Position numbers and translations under genes: made by a program. From NCBI GenBank assembly GCA_051942205.1, contig JAVECO010000035.1:1-64000 (forward strand): 64,000 bases of DNA, read 5' to 3'. Below are positions 12,646-27,170 of the stretch, one piece after another; position 1 is the first letter of the stretch; the number at the start of each line of letters is the position of its first letter. The notes beneath the pieces are model-generated. The model was not told the origin of the DNA and ran no database searches. It saw only the letters and a program-made list of their open reading frames with translations. Source of the DNA: Coniocarpon cinnabarinum. Lineage: Eukaryota.

Positions 12646-14087
12646 TGGCTCCTCTCTTCCCACGCGGCTTCGATCTCAAGCAGCCTTTTGGTGAGCTTCG
12701 CATGCAGTGGTCGAATCCAAGCGATGTTTTCTCAGTATTGCTCCTCCTCGGTGGCGACGTGGTCAGCCGAGCTTTGGCCCAGCTCGCCGGTGGATCCGTC
12801 ACTCCGGTGACGTTCTCCTTTGGTGTGTCGAAATCCCCGCAGCTACTTTTGATGTGGGTCTTTCTGCTAACCCAAGAAGGATGGGTGGCATACTCTGTCG
12901 CCGCCATAGTCTCGTGCGTCGGTGAGAACAGGCTCATGCCCGATGGCCCAGACTGTCAGTCAATTGTAATACATGGTAAAAGTGGCTATGTTCGCCAAAA
13001 TACCAGTTGGATCTTGGGCAGAGTGCTGCGCGACTATGACCACTGGATGCCGCCGCAAGCCCGAGAGCAGCTCGAACGTTTTGTGTCCCGAAAACCGCGT
13101 GATAAGCAAGCTTCGGGAGTTGTCGTTGCTCGCGCTGGCCTCTTTGTTTCTGTCTTTCGAGCCAGCGGCAAAAAGATAGCTGGGGAACCCGAGCGAGATC
13201 TTGTTTGGCTGAGTGGAATCATCGTCGGTATTTTCCAGCTTGGTATCGCTTGCATTCCCTTTGGTCTATATGGAGACTGGAGCATCTTCCTCATTACTGC
13301 CTTTGGCATCATTTTGTGCTTTGCGACTGGTGCGCTTCCACAATGGAGAGAGGAAAAGTGGAATTGCCGCAGAAACTCAGACCACAATTACATACTGACG
13401 CGAGGCAACGGCGCTCAACATGCGATCGTGGTGCTTGGAGGCGGTCATGGACTCAACTTCGAAGATTTGGCTTCGAGCGATGCGTACTCGGACTCTTCTG
13501 CATCCTGGCTGACGCGATTGTCGCTTTTGATCCTTGCCGGCTTCTGGATCGCCTTACTCATCTTTGCGTCAGGACTGCAGCAAAACACGTGGTTCCTCTT
13601 GGCGGTCGGTGGACTTGGCATTATTCATAATGCAACAGTTGCCGGAGCACCCAGACGGCCTGAAAATTTTGGGATCCATCTAGAAGCGGAGAGCTTCATT
13701 GGAGGACCAAAGGTGATGCCAGTGTTGATGGACACAGAGAGGAGATACCCGCACGTTGGACGCAGTATGCTTCAAACTTTCTTCCCGGGAAAGTTGTGGG
13801 CTGAGGAAGAACAAGAATGGCATCTATTCGACCTCGAGGCTAAGGCGCACGATGCTGAGATTAAAGCCAAAAGATTGGAAGACGAACTCGCAGCTCAACA
13901 AGCTATCCATCCTTTCTTGCGACTTGACGCCGGAACTGGGAAGATCCAGACCGAAGAAGCGTTGTCGGATTTAGAGCGTAGCGCAAAAAGGGCCAGAAAT
14001 AATGCATTCGCCTTGAAGAAAACCGCTCGAGATGCTCGCGAAGGCTCCGAAAATTTGAAGAAAGCGAGCCACCAAAACACGATCTGA
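12646..14087 (+). CDS. Multi-pass membrane protein of an uncharacterised fungal family (intron 12823-12879); start approximate
   Basis: WSNPSDVFSVLLLLGGDVVSRALAQL, several hydrophobic segments, LPQWREEKW, LTRGNGAQH, TWFLLAVGGLG and a coiled-coil tail; GTGTGT...CTAAC...AAG intron. Confidence 0.7.
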
Positions 14088-14196
14088 ACCGTCTCGGGAG
14101 GATGTATAAGGCTTGCTGCTGCATGAGCAAGGCTTTCGGTGAATTGGCGTAAATCCTATCGTAAAATGGGAGAGGTCATTTGCACGTTAAGAGTGC

Positions 14197-16012
14197 TCAG
14201 TCCAAGAAAGGTGCACAAGTTCCATGCCCTGAATACTGATAATGAAAGCCAACCGAGCCCACTAGATATGTGTGAATATCGTATATCCAGGGATTATCGT
14301 CGATGATATTCGGAACATGCGCCAGGTCGTTCATGGCTATTGAGAACCCAAAAAAGGCCAATGTTGGGCCTACAGCTCCCATCTCTGGCCTTAAAAAGTA
14401 TGGCATTGCACGCAACATGTCTAATGAAAGCTTTTTACGCTGAAGAGAATTGAAACGGTGTGGAAGGTAATTTTGCTCTGCCGAAAGTTTCTGAATCGAC
14501 AGTGGCCGTTTCGAAAGAATTTGCTCAATGGACGAGCTGACGACGGTTCGCAGCGCCCAGAACGTGCAAATGAGATGCGCGACATTCAGGTCAGGAAATT
14601 GGAAGCTCCTGAGTCGCTTGCCATCCAGTGATATCATGGGTTGCAGACACCACTTGTCAAGTCCGAAGCCTTTGCCGGCAAGCTCGCCGTACCATGAGAG
14701 GAGGCTAGCATCGGCTTTTGCCAGCCTAGATATTTGCAAAGCCAGCATCTCTGCCTCTTCTACGCTATCGCGAGGAAGGCCAGAAAAGCTAGCAGTCTCG
14801 TTAATCGCAGCGACCTGGAAACCAATGCTTTCTAAATCAAAGCTCAGAATCTGAAATGCATCATGCGGATCAGGCCAGATCCACTTAAGCCCCTCGACGA
14901 GTGATCGTTTGCGACTGACAAGCGCTTTGTACATCTGCAATCCTCATGAGCATCATTCTATCAAATGGTGGTGGCCTTGCACTTACAGATGCGATGCGCC
15001 ATCCTTGCATTATTGGCTCGTCCAGTACGGCGTGCAATTGTCTTGGATCACTCGACAGGACCAGCTTCTCAAGCCCTTCGATGTGCGTCATCCAGCCGTT
15101 CGGACAACCTCTGCCAGTGGACGGTTCGTATACCTAAGCTGCGTCAAATTTTCGGTCTCATGATTTCTTTTCATATTGCGTACCTCTATGAGCGCCAAAA
15201 CGCAAATCGACGCAATTGTGCTGGGACTGAAAATTGTTTGCCTGTTCGTCAAAGCCTTTCGTTGAGAATTGTTAGAGGGGAAAGAAGAAGAGCATAACAT
15301 TCTTGTTACCGTATACTTACCTTTTGTAGCAAGCTCAAAGCCCTACTGTAATGACAGCGTCCTCCACTTATTAACCTCCGATTATTCTCCATGCGACCCA
15401 CGCGGGCAGAGGCGAGTGCAAGAAATGCACAGGAGAACAGCTCGTTTGAGGTCTCACGACCAATCTCAAAGAGCCACTGGCTGCGCAATCTGGCTACGCG
15501 ATCGGTTGGCATGCTCAAGTCCAAGAAATTTTGTGTGAGCTGCACCTCATCTGCGTTCTCAACTTGAATTTGCGGCGCACTCTTGATTGTCCTACTCGCA
15601 CCTGTTGCAGGTGACTCTGACGGAGTCCTCGAAATCACCGAGATATCAAGATGAGGAATTTCTGGAGACGCTGACTCTGAAGACGCAATTTTGAGTGGTG
15701 TATGCTCCCTACTGGAGGCTGTCGCACTCATGGACTGCTCCCGAGTGGACGAGGGTCGACGCGGCTTTACCTCCTCGAGGGGTTTGCGCTTCTGGTATCC
15801 ATCAAGCGTCTTTGTTATGAATATAGGAAACCGTTCATAACCCTCACAGTCTCTGCTTGTGGAAATACAGTTATTGCATGATGGCCGTTGCAAGTCGCAC
15901 CTGTTATACGTCAGCAATTACATGCCCCTGTATGGGTTTCTCGGTTGGCATACCGCATATGCCTCCTCCGACATGTTGCACAACCCTGACTCTTTCTAGC
16001 AACTCCAACCAT
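14197..16012 (-). CDS. Zn(II)2Cys6 transcription factor (multi-exon)
   Basis: MVGVARKSQGCATCRRRHMR, an intron, then CDLQRPSCNNCISTSRDCEGYER; downstream exons fit a fungal TF middle region (LALASARVGR, WMTHIEGLEKL). Confidence 0.8.
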
Positions 16013-19000
16013 TTTCACTTGAAGACCGGGAGCCTCACCTAGATGAAATGTTTTGCGTTGCCAGCCGGTCCAGGGGTTGAAGAGGATGTCATCAGCTGAA
16101 AGATTACGAACACGCTCTGCCGGATCATTGTGCCGAATCACATCGAATTAGAAGCATGGTGAGTTGCTGTAGGCCCTTGTCGTGGATGAGGGCGGAAACG
16201 GCCAGCTTCCGGCCCTTGTCTGAGAACTCAGCTGTTGGTATACAACCAAGGCGCTGGAACTCGCCCCCTAGGCTACGATGATCGCTGACACAGGACAATT
16301 TTGTACAGAGCGACATGTAAATCGCACGTACATTGCAAGTCTTGTTCTCAGAGCAGCAAACAGCAAGCCTGGTCTCCTGTTATCTGATTTTCTGACCTTG
16401 ATACAATAACGACAGACTGCACACTTCAAGCAATGACTTCGCTGGTGGTATACCCCTTCGGCTCTAATTAGCACGACGACTGCATCTTCAGGGCTGTGAG
16501 AATTTCCGGGAGGTGCCGCGTCAGGGCCATGGCACAGAAGCAAACCCCAGGATGGTTCGAATGACATGTGAGGGAACAAAGCTGTCATCCGAGAACGAGC
16601 GAATATTTCCACTGGCTCTTGGCCCTGCACGAGTTGGCCAGCCATAGAAAGCTATCGTGTTTGCCTCGCTGGTGTTGTCTGTGTCCTCAATATGGAGATG
16701 GATTGATAGTTCCAAAATCCACGGTACGCTACTTTTCTCTGCTTACAACGGTCCTTTATGCTTGAGACAACCTCGAAGCTGAGCGCGCCGAGAAGCCAGC
16801 TATCTCTTCGGCACATATGAAAGCGCTTGATGATTAAGAAAGAATTGATTTTGACCAATGACGATCAAACACGCATAGCAACGACCATCGTCCCTCATCT
16901 AATCGTTGCCTATGATCGTTTTTTCCCATCGCTGGGAGCAAAGTCTTTTCCATGGGCCTCTGCACAGGATTTCGAACCGTGGTTCACAGTCAAAGTAGTC
17001 CCGCATTACCCAAAGGCTATTGAAAGTGACCAGCAGATGCCGCTCTATGATCCCGCAGTGACCACCGTTATAGCTCAGCCATCTCGACAATCGTTTCACG
17101 ATATAGGAACATCGTTCTAATCATCCGTCAGAACCACACCTATCAACCCCATACACGCAGCGATCACACACAACACATATATCGTATCTTTCCTAGTCTA
17201 CATCACGATCACTTCGTTCTAAAGAAATAGAGGGACGTTCATGCTAGGTTCGGCCGGTCCTCCTAAAGGCCATCCGACGCGGTAAGCTAGTGAGACAGCT
17301 TTGCAAGTCCAACTCGTAGACCATGTGCGGGACGGGATGAATAAAGTTATGACGGCTGAGATATCGGATCAGCAAGCACTCTCAAACGTCTCGCACTCGT
17401 GACTCGGTCCGACCCAAAGCGTTGACCACCATCCTCCATCTAATCGAATGTCGTGAACACTTGCAACTTTACGCCTACCTTGAACGAGCGCGTCGAAGGT
17501 CTCAGAGAAGACGAGGACGTGTATCTATGCATCACACCGCATTTTGCTCCGGAAAGGACGTCATAAATGTGACTCAAAGCTGAAAGTGTGCTTCATTCTG
17601 GAGATCCTCTCGGAATCTGCTACCGATTCCGGCTCTAGCTTCAACCTTTCCCACCATGTGGTATTCGGGCGGCGAATACCTGAATTGAATCACTTGGTAC
17701 AACACATGTATCAATGTGATTCCGGATCACGCGAGAGACCCGATCTCGGCCGACGCCGCTGTGGTCTCAAACTCTTTCCAGGCACCCCTATGTAGCCCAG
17801 ATTCCTGTTATCTGTACCTGGTCCGCATGAAAATGTGGCGCGTTGAACGCCACAGGTTTAACGAAGTCCACCTGGTCACCGTGGACAAACCACCAGGCGG
17901 ACCGCCCACATGCTCCCATTTCGGCGTCACCGCCCGTTCACTTCGGCCTTCTCATGACCGTACCAGCCGAGCGCTGAACTCACGCCCGGACCTCTCGTCT
18001 CGACTTTCGCTCTCGCTTCTTCGTGAAAAGTCGAACCGCGAGCTGGCAAAGCCAAATGCGTGAAGTCACGAAGCCTAAATTATGAGATTGACCATCCAGG
18101 ACTCAAAACGTCCGGCAATGTTTCCCCGATCGCGTGCACGTACTGAACGGACTCTGTCGTGCTTAGTACCGGCTACATCTTAAGCATCCCCTACGGCTAG
18201 TGGTGATCACGACAGTGCCTAGTCCGTGAATCAAAAGCGTTCTGCGACAAGCGAAGCAGCTGAGTGGCTGGCTGTGAGTACCTTTATCCTAATTCGCCTG
18301 CTTGCATGTGCTCAAGATTTCTCGGAACCTTGCACATCAGAACAACGACTCTGACACATGGGAAATACGCCATTCGGGGAGGCTGCACCGAGAAACAACT
18401 CGTGCTTTGCTGCAACAGCAAATTCTGAATCTTCCTGAATCAGCAACATTGCGTTTCAGCTGCGATTTACACGACCTTGACTTTACTCAACTATGCTGCT
18501 CTTTACAGTTTCGTGGCCTTCCTCAAAAGAGCTTCTATTTGTATACCCCTCTGTACCTAGCGATACGAATTTCAAAAGTAGGGTCTTACAACCTTACGCG
18601 CGATACTCCTATAACTTTGCTGCACATTCATGACCCTTCTCAACAAATCCACAATTTGCATGGGCCTCGCTACTTAGCGACGCGACCCATGAAAGCAAGA
18701 TGCTGCAACTTTGAGGTCGTTATTCTCATATTTACCCTCCCGCGCCCACCACAGAGCAAGCCATTCAAGCAATGTCCGCATTGTAACCACATTCGCTACG
18801 ATACTCACTACCGAGACAATTTCAACTACCCAATCACAATTTATTTCTTACCTAGAGACAAGCTCGCTAAATCCGCACCCTATATACAGAGAAAGGCACA
18901 AAGGACATCGGCCAAGCAGCAAGAACTTGCTCACATCAAGATTCACGCTCTACAAGTATGGTATTTTCGGTACAAAGCGCTCGTCGCGATCTCCTGATAT

Positions 19001-19138
19001 TGCAACAATAATCATACAACCCTTTCTTTCTTTCATCGTCGTCGTATACAACGTAAATGTAATCCAAGCTGCCAAACGCAGCACTTTCTCTCCTATCCAA
19101 ATGTATATTTTCTTCCTCATTCCTCATTTCTTCTCCTT

Positions 19139-19163
19139 CCACCACCACCACCACCACCACCAC
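19139..19163. repeat. (CAC)n microsatellite
   Basis: About 8 CCA/CAC units just downstream of the Bud6 stop codon. Confidence 0.9.
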
Positions 19164-19204
19164 TGATTACTCAACTCCTCCGCTCACCTCATCGAGTCAG
19201 AACG

Positions 19205-22200
19205 TCACCTACTCCCATTGGGCACAACTTCACTCGCCTCCACAAATTCAGGCTCAGGACTAACCTGCCCATCGTCTTCTAAACCAGGGACTTCTAACCT
19301 CGGCGGCTCGCTCTCTAAGCGCGCCGCACCTGCATCCCCATCGTCGTCGTCCTCTTCTTCCTCACTACTACTGGCCTCCGCTTGCTCTGCCCGTCGCCGC
19401 GCCATCTCCAACTGATTCTCGTGATTTTGTCGCCGCGCGTCAGCTTCTCGCTGGACCCGTACCCGCTCCACCTCCTCAACACCTCCTGTTTTCTTCAACT
19501 TGCCTTCGTCGACAAACTGCCCTAGTTCCATTTTGAAAGCGCTGTCCATGCCGTGCGCGAGTTGCTGTTTCCGAGCTTGCTCCGCTTCCTCGATAGCCGC
19601 AACGCGGGAATCATGGTTCGGTCGTAACGCACGCACCTCGCCTAGTAAATTCGCCTTCGCCATCTCCGGGTCATCCGAGCCCAGCCCATTCGCATTCGCA
19701 TGTTTCAGCGTCCGCGACGACGATCGTGTCGTCGACTGCTGCTGCGCCGCCTCAGCCACCAGATCCAAAGTCTCCGTCGTCTTCTTGATATCCTCCTCCA
19801 GATCGGCAAACAACTCTTCGTTAAGCTTGATCTCCTCCTGGTCGTCCATCACCGCCTTCAGCTGCTTCTCCCCGATCTTCTTCCAGATCGGGGTTTCGCG
19901 CTGGGCAAGCTCACGTAGTTGACGAAGGTCATTGGAGTATTTGTCGATTTCGGCGCGGCGGTGGGAGAGGTCTTCGGGACGGGGCCGTGAGCCGCGCGTC
20001 ACGTCTTTGCGGAGGACCTCGACGCCATTTTGGACGTTGTCGACTTTGTTGATGAGAGCTTCGCAGCCCTCGTTGACGCGTTTTTTGCCTTCGTCGACGT
20101 AGGCGCGATCGTTGTCGCCCTCGCTGCGGGCGAAGGATTGGTGACTGGCGGCTTCTTTGAGGGCGGCGTCTTTTAGCCTTGTCATGTCGGTGGTGTGGCG
20201 GGTGAGGGTCTTGGTGTGATCTTGTCGCAGAACGGCGAGTTCGCGGCGGAGCTCTTGCAGTGTGGCGTCTGCAGCTGTGGATACGTGAGGTGCTCGGGGT
20301 GGTGCCTTGGGTATACCGTTGGGCAGAGATTGCTGTGGAGTCGCTGAGGGCTGGGATGCGGCTTGCGTTGCGAAGCGTGCCAGCTCTTCTGAAGAATCTT
20401 GTTGCTTCTTGGAGATCTGCTGAATTGACGTCGATTGATCGCCAATGGCTTTCGTAACATTATCAAGCAGACCTCGAATGTCAGCCATGCTATTGTCGAC
20501 ATGCTTCTTAACCTCTGACACATGGTCAGTGTTGAGCACAAGCAAAGCATTGGGCTTGACATCATGCAGATCTTCAAGCTCATAGCGAATCCCAGAGGCT
20601 GGATCTTGGATATATATCTCGGGCAGCTCGACATCATTGTTATGCACATTCCAAGAGAACTTCTCAATAAACTCGTATTGCAGTTTCTCTTTCGTGAGCT
20701 CTTCATAGCCCCCAGATAGCACAAGCTTTTTGACCTTGGCATTATGTTGCAGGAATAGCGTAAGAGGTTCTATAAGGATGCTTTGTCGAACAGTAGGATC
20801 AGGCTTTTTCACTTCAGGGGGTGGGAGTTTCTCCGGCTCCACCCCTTGTTTTTCTGTGGGCGGCACGGGTATTTGTTTTGAATAGCTGGGCTCCGACACC
20901 TCTGGAATAGGATAGTTTGCTTCCCACGGGCGGGAAATAGTTGCCTGCACGGTCCCCTCACTGGGAGATGGATTGTTGTATGACGGCAACTTAACGTACT
21001 TATCATCCGGAGTCTTCGTATTAGGGCTGTCGTACGATGGTGGGTTCTCGGTTGGAGGGGCGAAGTTGGGCTGATTGGTTTCCAAAGTCACATCTCTGAG
21101 CCCCTGCCTGACGCTCGTGACGGGCTCTGGCTTTGGCTCGGCTTTTTGCTCAGGCTTTTGTTCGGGGGAGCTAGGTCTAGACTTGGGCCGTTGTAGGTAC
21201 TGTGATCCACGAGTTCGGATGGCTTGCATTGATTCGCGAATCTCTCTGCCCCTGTTAGGAACAGGCGTGCGTTGCGTTGGAGGGATCAACGGTACTCCGC
21301 TGCCCGTGGAGGTGCCGAGTTCCTTTCTGATCTGGTACGTAGAGTATCGTCGTGAGGCCCGGCGCTCTAGTTCGCCCGATCGTTGCAGGGCTGCTAAAGC
21401 ATCCTGTTTTGGAGGGGGACGAGGTTTCGTTTCGCGTGAAGAAGGTGGCGGTGGGGGTTCTTGGATCGTAGGAGCAGGTGATGGTCCAGGAATCGATTGC
21501 TCTTGAGGGTACGGGGGGATCGCTGGTGGCTGCTCGGTGCGAGCCTCTGACGTCTGTGGATAAGTCGACTTGGACTTCCCTGAGGAGCCTGCTCTTCTTG
21601 GCCCACCAGCACCACCACTGTCATGCCTTTGTGGGGAAGTGTTATCCGGCGTTGATGCTGCGTAGTTTGCATTTCGACCATCCCGAACATCACGGCTGCC
21701 CTCACGTTGTGGCGGAGCTCGTGAGTCTCGTGTACTCTCGGTCTCGTCTGGGTGCGGGGAGCTCGTGCTGGCAAGGCTCCCCGTCCTGCGTGTTGACGAG
21801 GTAGCATCCTTGTCTCTTCCGGTCTGTTGCCTCAATTTTGTCTGCTTCCTTTTCAAGCCGTGCAGAAGATTGATTATGATGTCGCGAATGCGCGGGAGGA
21901 ATTTGTCCAGGCTCTGCTGAGATGCCTCTTGACTGAGAGTCTCTTCGAGGATCGCACGTAGAGTGTCCGGGACTGGACCAAGGTCATTTGTATCGATATT
22001 CACTTGCGTGAATGCCCGACACGCAATGTTGAACTCGTACCCGAGTCGGACGTAGACATCGGACACGTCCGTCTCCGACGCATTCCCGCGTGACCATTGT
22101 GTCAAAGTTTCCAACAATTGCTTAGTGGCGACAAGGAGATGTGTAACGGACTTCTCAATGGCGGAGGCTTGCTGTTGTGGCTGCACGTGGGGAAGAACGT

Positions 22201-22415
22201 CAATACAAGGTTCAACGTCATAAATCGATTTGCGCCCTTGTATGGGTTTGCGCAGGATGGATTGCGGCATCGGAGAAGATTTTGAAAGGCCTTGACTGAT
22301 ATAGGGAAAGAAGGGAAAGGCGGGAGCATCTTACATCGTTACGACGGTCTCGCGGAGACCGATTATCTGATCCAGAGGAGCTACGACCCTGCACAGAAGT
22401 ACCACTTTGGCTCAT
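19205..22415 (-). CDS. BUD6: Actin-interacting polarity protein Bud6/Aip3 (first intron ~22181-22334; start uncertain)
   Basis: IEKSVTHLLVATKQLLETLTQWSR, VSDVYVRLGYEFN, LFLQ, LPEIYIQDP.SGIRYELEDL and EVRALRPNHDSR are Aip3-family motifs. Confidence 0.9.
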
Positions 22416-23216
22416 TTTCGGCGCAGACGCCTCCCAACTGTCCGTTTTCAACAGTATGTGCACGAGGTGCAAACGCTACGACCCAAGGCTGAGGTGTGAG
22501 GTGACAGTCAAACGTTCGGTGGCTGGCATCAAGTGAGAAGGTGCGGGTATGCTTGGCAGGACAGAGCCTTAGTGAACCGTGTGAGCGCAGGACTGAAGAC
22601 AAACGCAGCGCAAGAAATGACGACCACCGGGTACAGATCAGTCATGGCTCGAAGGATCACGACGACAATCAAGCGACGAGTCCGTGACGGTAGGTAGTTG
22701 GGCAATGCGATGCGATTGTTCTCAGTCCTACCTTATCCTGCCGAACACGGGACGGACACGTGCCAAGCGGACAGTCCCGCGGCGGAGAGCGGATCAAGGA
22801 TAGTCCGAGGACTCGGCGGCTATGCCCAAAGGGTAGGCGCTAGCATGGACTCTGGGGAGAGTGTGTGGTGAGCTGTGTTCGTGCGACGCCGACAATTCAA
22901 GAAGTCACTCCCACGCCTTTCCACCTTCTTGCTGCCTTTCCGTACCTTCATCACCCTCCGCTTGCCTTCCATTGACGTTTGGCCGGCAGTACCTGGCCAA
23001 TTCCAGCGGGCTTACCCCATCCGATAGCCCCCCCTACACAGGTCCTTCAGGACCCTCGACCAAGGTGATCTCTGTACTTGCGCTCCCTCCCCAGAGCTCG
23101 TGTGGTTTCTTCGAGACCATCTGCTCGCTGCTGCGGGCACTGACGTGCTAGAGAGCACTCAGTCGTCTCCGCCGACCGCGATCTGGCTGTGACCACTCCC
23201 AGAAAAGGCCCGAAAC

Positions 23217-26200
23217 ATGGCGTCTGCGACGTCCGCGGCGTCTAGTCGTCCCTCCTCGAACCCCAGAGATTCGCCTGTTTCTGCGACAGGCCGGCCGAAA
23301 ACCTTACCCAATGGCATACGCCGGGCTCAAAAATCACAGCTCGACTCGGACCCTTCCCCTCCAGCAGAGTCCAATACCGCAGACCAACATTCACACGATC
23401 GGCTCCTATTCCTCTCAGCCTGTGCAGTAGGTCACTATGCAACGATAGCGACAAACGCCGGCGAGACATTTCGAGGCATATTCTCTGGTGCGTCACTGGA
23501 GAAATCTGCAACCAGATATGTCTTGAAGATGACTACGAGATCTTCGACGTCGAAAGATGGTTCAGCGAACGGGGCTGTCACAGCTGGACAATACGTTGGA
23601 CATGGCGACGATCATGTCATGACTTTCGACCCTGTCGACATTGCCGTTTGCACGTTTAGTGATCTTCAGATCTCAAAGACTTCCTCACGCATGGCCAACG
23701 GTAAGCAGGAACTAGGTTACAGAGCTTAAACCTTCAGCTAATGTATTGTATAGGCAATATCGGTAGCTTCAAGACAGACACAGACATCTCGGGGAATCTT
23801 GCGATTCGAGAGCGCGAGTTGAAGCCCTGGGATGCTTCAACTGATGGTACCGTTGATGCGTCGCTCAATGCCAATGGCCATGCCGCTTGGGACCAATTTG
23901 AAGCAAATGAACGACTTTATGGCGTCAAGACTGACTATGATGAGAATATGTATACGACGTCAATTGATAGGTCACATCCCACTTATAGGCAACGAGCCCT
24001 GGCAGCCGATCGCAAAGCTCGTGAAATTGAGGGCGCAACTAACAGCAACGTCCATCGCGCGGCGCTCGAAAACGACATGGATGAAGAAGAGAAGTATGCC
24101 AAGTAAGCCGAAGTGAAAGCCGCGCCTGAAGCTGACTCGCCCACAGATACAGTGGTGTAAACCGTGATACGCCGCCTCTGATCTCCTCGAATCCGAATTC
24201 ATACAAGCCGCCAGCGCGTAGGGCGCCAACTGCAAATCCGACAGTCTCCGGGGCACCTTTTGATCCTGCCATCATATCTTCACAACTTGCACGTCCTGAT
24301 GTGTTCTCAAGGTCTGCCAAATCCCCCTCAGCCTCGAGCCAAACGGCCGTCGAGCCTCATCCAACAAGCAAGAAAGAGAACGATGTACCAGATGCAAACC
24401 CGCAGGACAGAGACATGGAGCCAAAGCAATCGCCATCAGAACAAATCAAACCACAAACTAGCAGCAAACTAGAACTCACTCCCAATAAGGTCGCCCCGCC
24501 CATGCCATCACCCGGACGATCTGGCAACGTAGCTGAAAACGTTGAAAAGGAAATGCTGCGCGCTTTCAAAGACTTCTCTGCACACGAGAAGCTGCGCGCC
24601 CAAGAAAAGCAGCGGACCCAAGGCCGCAAGGAGCGTGAGGTGAAGATCAACGATCTAAAGAAGTTTGCTTCGAACTTCAAGCTATCAAAGCCAGTCCCTG
24701 ACGATCTAATTGGCATTCTAGCAAAAGATCCAAAGAAGCAGGATGAAATTATTGCGAAAGCAAACCGCGCTACCGAGGAGAAGAAAGCGGTTCACCAAAA
24801 ACCGCCGCCTTCACCTGAACCACTCAAATCCACCACCCCCGCTCAGACAGATACTGCCAAACCGCCTGTAAATGCCCCAGTCGAACCTTCTACTCGTGGT
24901 CGCGGTCAGTCACGCGGATTTCCACCTTCGCGACACGAAAAGTTCAACAGCTCTTTTGGATCCGGTGGTATCGGCCGAGGTGCTCCTCCGCAGTCCTTTG
25001 GCATGCGCAAAATGCAACAGTATCCCCCTGGTGCTATGCCCAATATGCCTCCACTCGGGCCAGCCGCTTTACAGACAGACTTGGCAATGCGACAGCCTAT
25101 GTCTGGTGTTCCAAGCTCGGCATCGTCGGCCTCTCGCTTCAACGCGAATGCGCTCGAATTCCGGCCAAACCCGACTGCTTCGACGTTCTCTCCTTCCGGC
25201 AATCCCAGCAGCATGGCGACCTCCGTGGCGGGCTCACGACCAGTTTCGAAAGCGCATTCTCCTACTAAACGCAGCTTCTTTGACGGCATAAGACCCAAGC
25301 ACTTCTCAGAACGACCGAGCATCCGTGATGACTTCAATCCCATTAAACGAATGAAGAAGGAGGCGGAAGCAGATCCAAAGAGGTACAAGGATAACGGCGG
25401 GATCCCGCCAGCTTATGCCACCAAACCCACCTGGGACACACGTCCAGAAAATGAGAACCGAAGTTCTGATGACATGTTCAAACAACAAGCTTCAATGAGT
25501 GTGCCGCAGATGATGGGTCCAGGCATGTCAATGCCGCATCAACATCAGCTCCCCCCACACCTTCAACAACATCCGGCCAACCTTATGGGCCCGCACATGC
25601 ATGGACCTCCTCACAACTCTCGTTACAGTCAACCACCTCCCATGCAGCAAAACCATCAATATCATCATGATGACCATCGCATGCAACTCACAGCTTCTCA
25701 ACAATCCTACCATTCTCCCCGCCCGCAGCCTGGTGTGATGGCGCAAGCCTCCCCCATGCACGGTCAGCCTCAGCAATACATTGCTCAGCCTCAAGGCATG
25801 TATGTGGGCCAACAGATGATGCCAATGGGCTATGCTCGTCCCGGTTCCGCAGCACCACAAATGTTCAATCCGCAAACTGGGCAGCCGGTCATGATGGTGA
25901 ACGGCCCTCCAAATGCCCAGTACATGTCTGGGCACAATCAGCCACATATGCCCATGTATTCGCCCAATCCCGGCCAAGCATTCCCTGCTCAGCCAGGACC
26001 GGGAACTCCGAGTTATAGTCCTCGAGCACCGCCTATGATGATGCATCAAGGTTCTCAACAAGGCCATACTGCTCCTATGATGTATGTGAGTCAATCACAA
26101 CAAGGTCAGCACATGTACTATGGTCAGAATCAACCGCAGCAGAGTAAGTGACATTCGACTGCCACGTCTTCCAACCTTCTCTAACATTTCCCTACAGTGC

Positions 26201-26379
26201 ACATGCGCGGTGGCGGATACCCAATGCAACATCAAGCTTCTTATGGAGCGAGTCCTCACATGCCACATCAGTACCACATGCAGCAGCGTGGCCCTCAGCA
26301 GTACAGCAGCTTTCCGCAGCAACAAATGATGCATGCCCAAGCGCTCAATCAAAGTGCACCTCATGGTGACGTAAAATGA
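23217..26379 (+). CDS. PBP1: Pbp1/ataxin-2 homolog (Lsm, LsmAD, PAM2, Q/P/M-rich tail); introns 23701-23753, 24094-24146, 26144-26197
   Basis: FKTDTDIS, WDQFEANERLYGVKTDYDENMYTT (LsmAD) and SRFNANALEFRP (PAM2); all three introns are canonical and restore the frame. Confidence 0.9.
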
Positions 26380-27170
26380 GAGCCAGCTATATCACATGGA
26401 CGATATGACTGAAGCAACAACTGGATTTGCTTTCCACAAGCATTGATACAGATTATTGTTATAGCACATTGGCCTTGTAGCCCGTTGCAGTGGTGCAACA
26501 AAAGCGCCTTACTGGGCGGGTACACCACTCGCACAGACACATTTGGCGCAAACACGTAGCCGGGACTGGAGAAAATTGCAAGCACCAGTATTATTCCATG
26601 GGTCGGTGTGTAGAGCCGATGCCCATCTTTCATGTTGTGCAGAGGCCGCAGCATCGGCCACAGACTAGAGCAGACACAAACTGCATCAGAGAAGGCACCA
26701 CGAACCTGTCAAGTACATGGGCTTGAAGGTGGCCAAGGGTCGAGACGGTTGGAAATTCTAGAAGAGAGAGCGAAGCAAGCGCGTGGGGGATAGGAGGGTT
26801 GGTTGACTTTTGAACGGCGGCTGTTGTGAAGATGATTGGCATGCGGTTCATTGTTAGCGGGAGACACTGTTGCTGCGTGCAAAGAGCACTCTTGGTGCAG
26901 CTTAGCAGCATGACGTCTGCTACGACGTGTGCGAACTGGTAGAGCGATGCCGGATGAATAGAGAAAGCCTGACCACTGTAGAGAATGAAAGACGAGATCG
27001 AGCTTCGGAACCGCTGTGCATCCTATTTTCATTCATTTCAAGTCTTGCGTTTTCTCATGATCGTTCTATACAGCCGCTATGCTACACCATGCGCTCCTCC
27101 AACCTTCTATATTCTAGTAAATGGATTCTGTTAAGTTGAAATTGGGCAGGTCTACAGTCTAGTCTCTTTC

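Noticed and set aside
18302..18997. 231-aa + strand ORF with a CPHC motif
   Set aside because: Starts at TTG, has no recognisable family motifs and atypical composition; could be an orphan or relic but cannot be supported.
18711..19166. ORF ending in a poly-His run
   Set aside because: The His run is simply the translated (CAC)n microsatellite.
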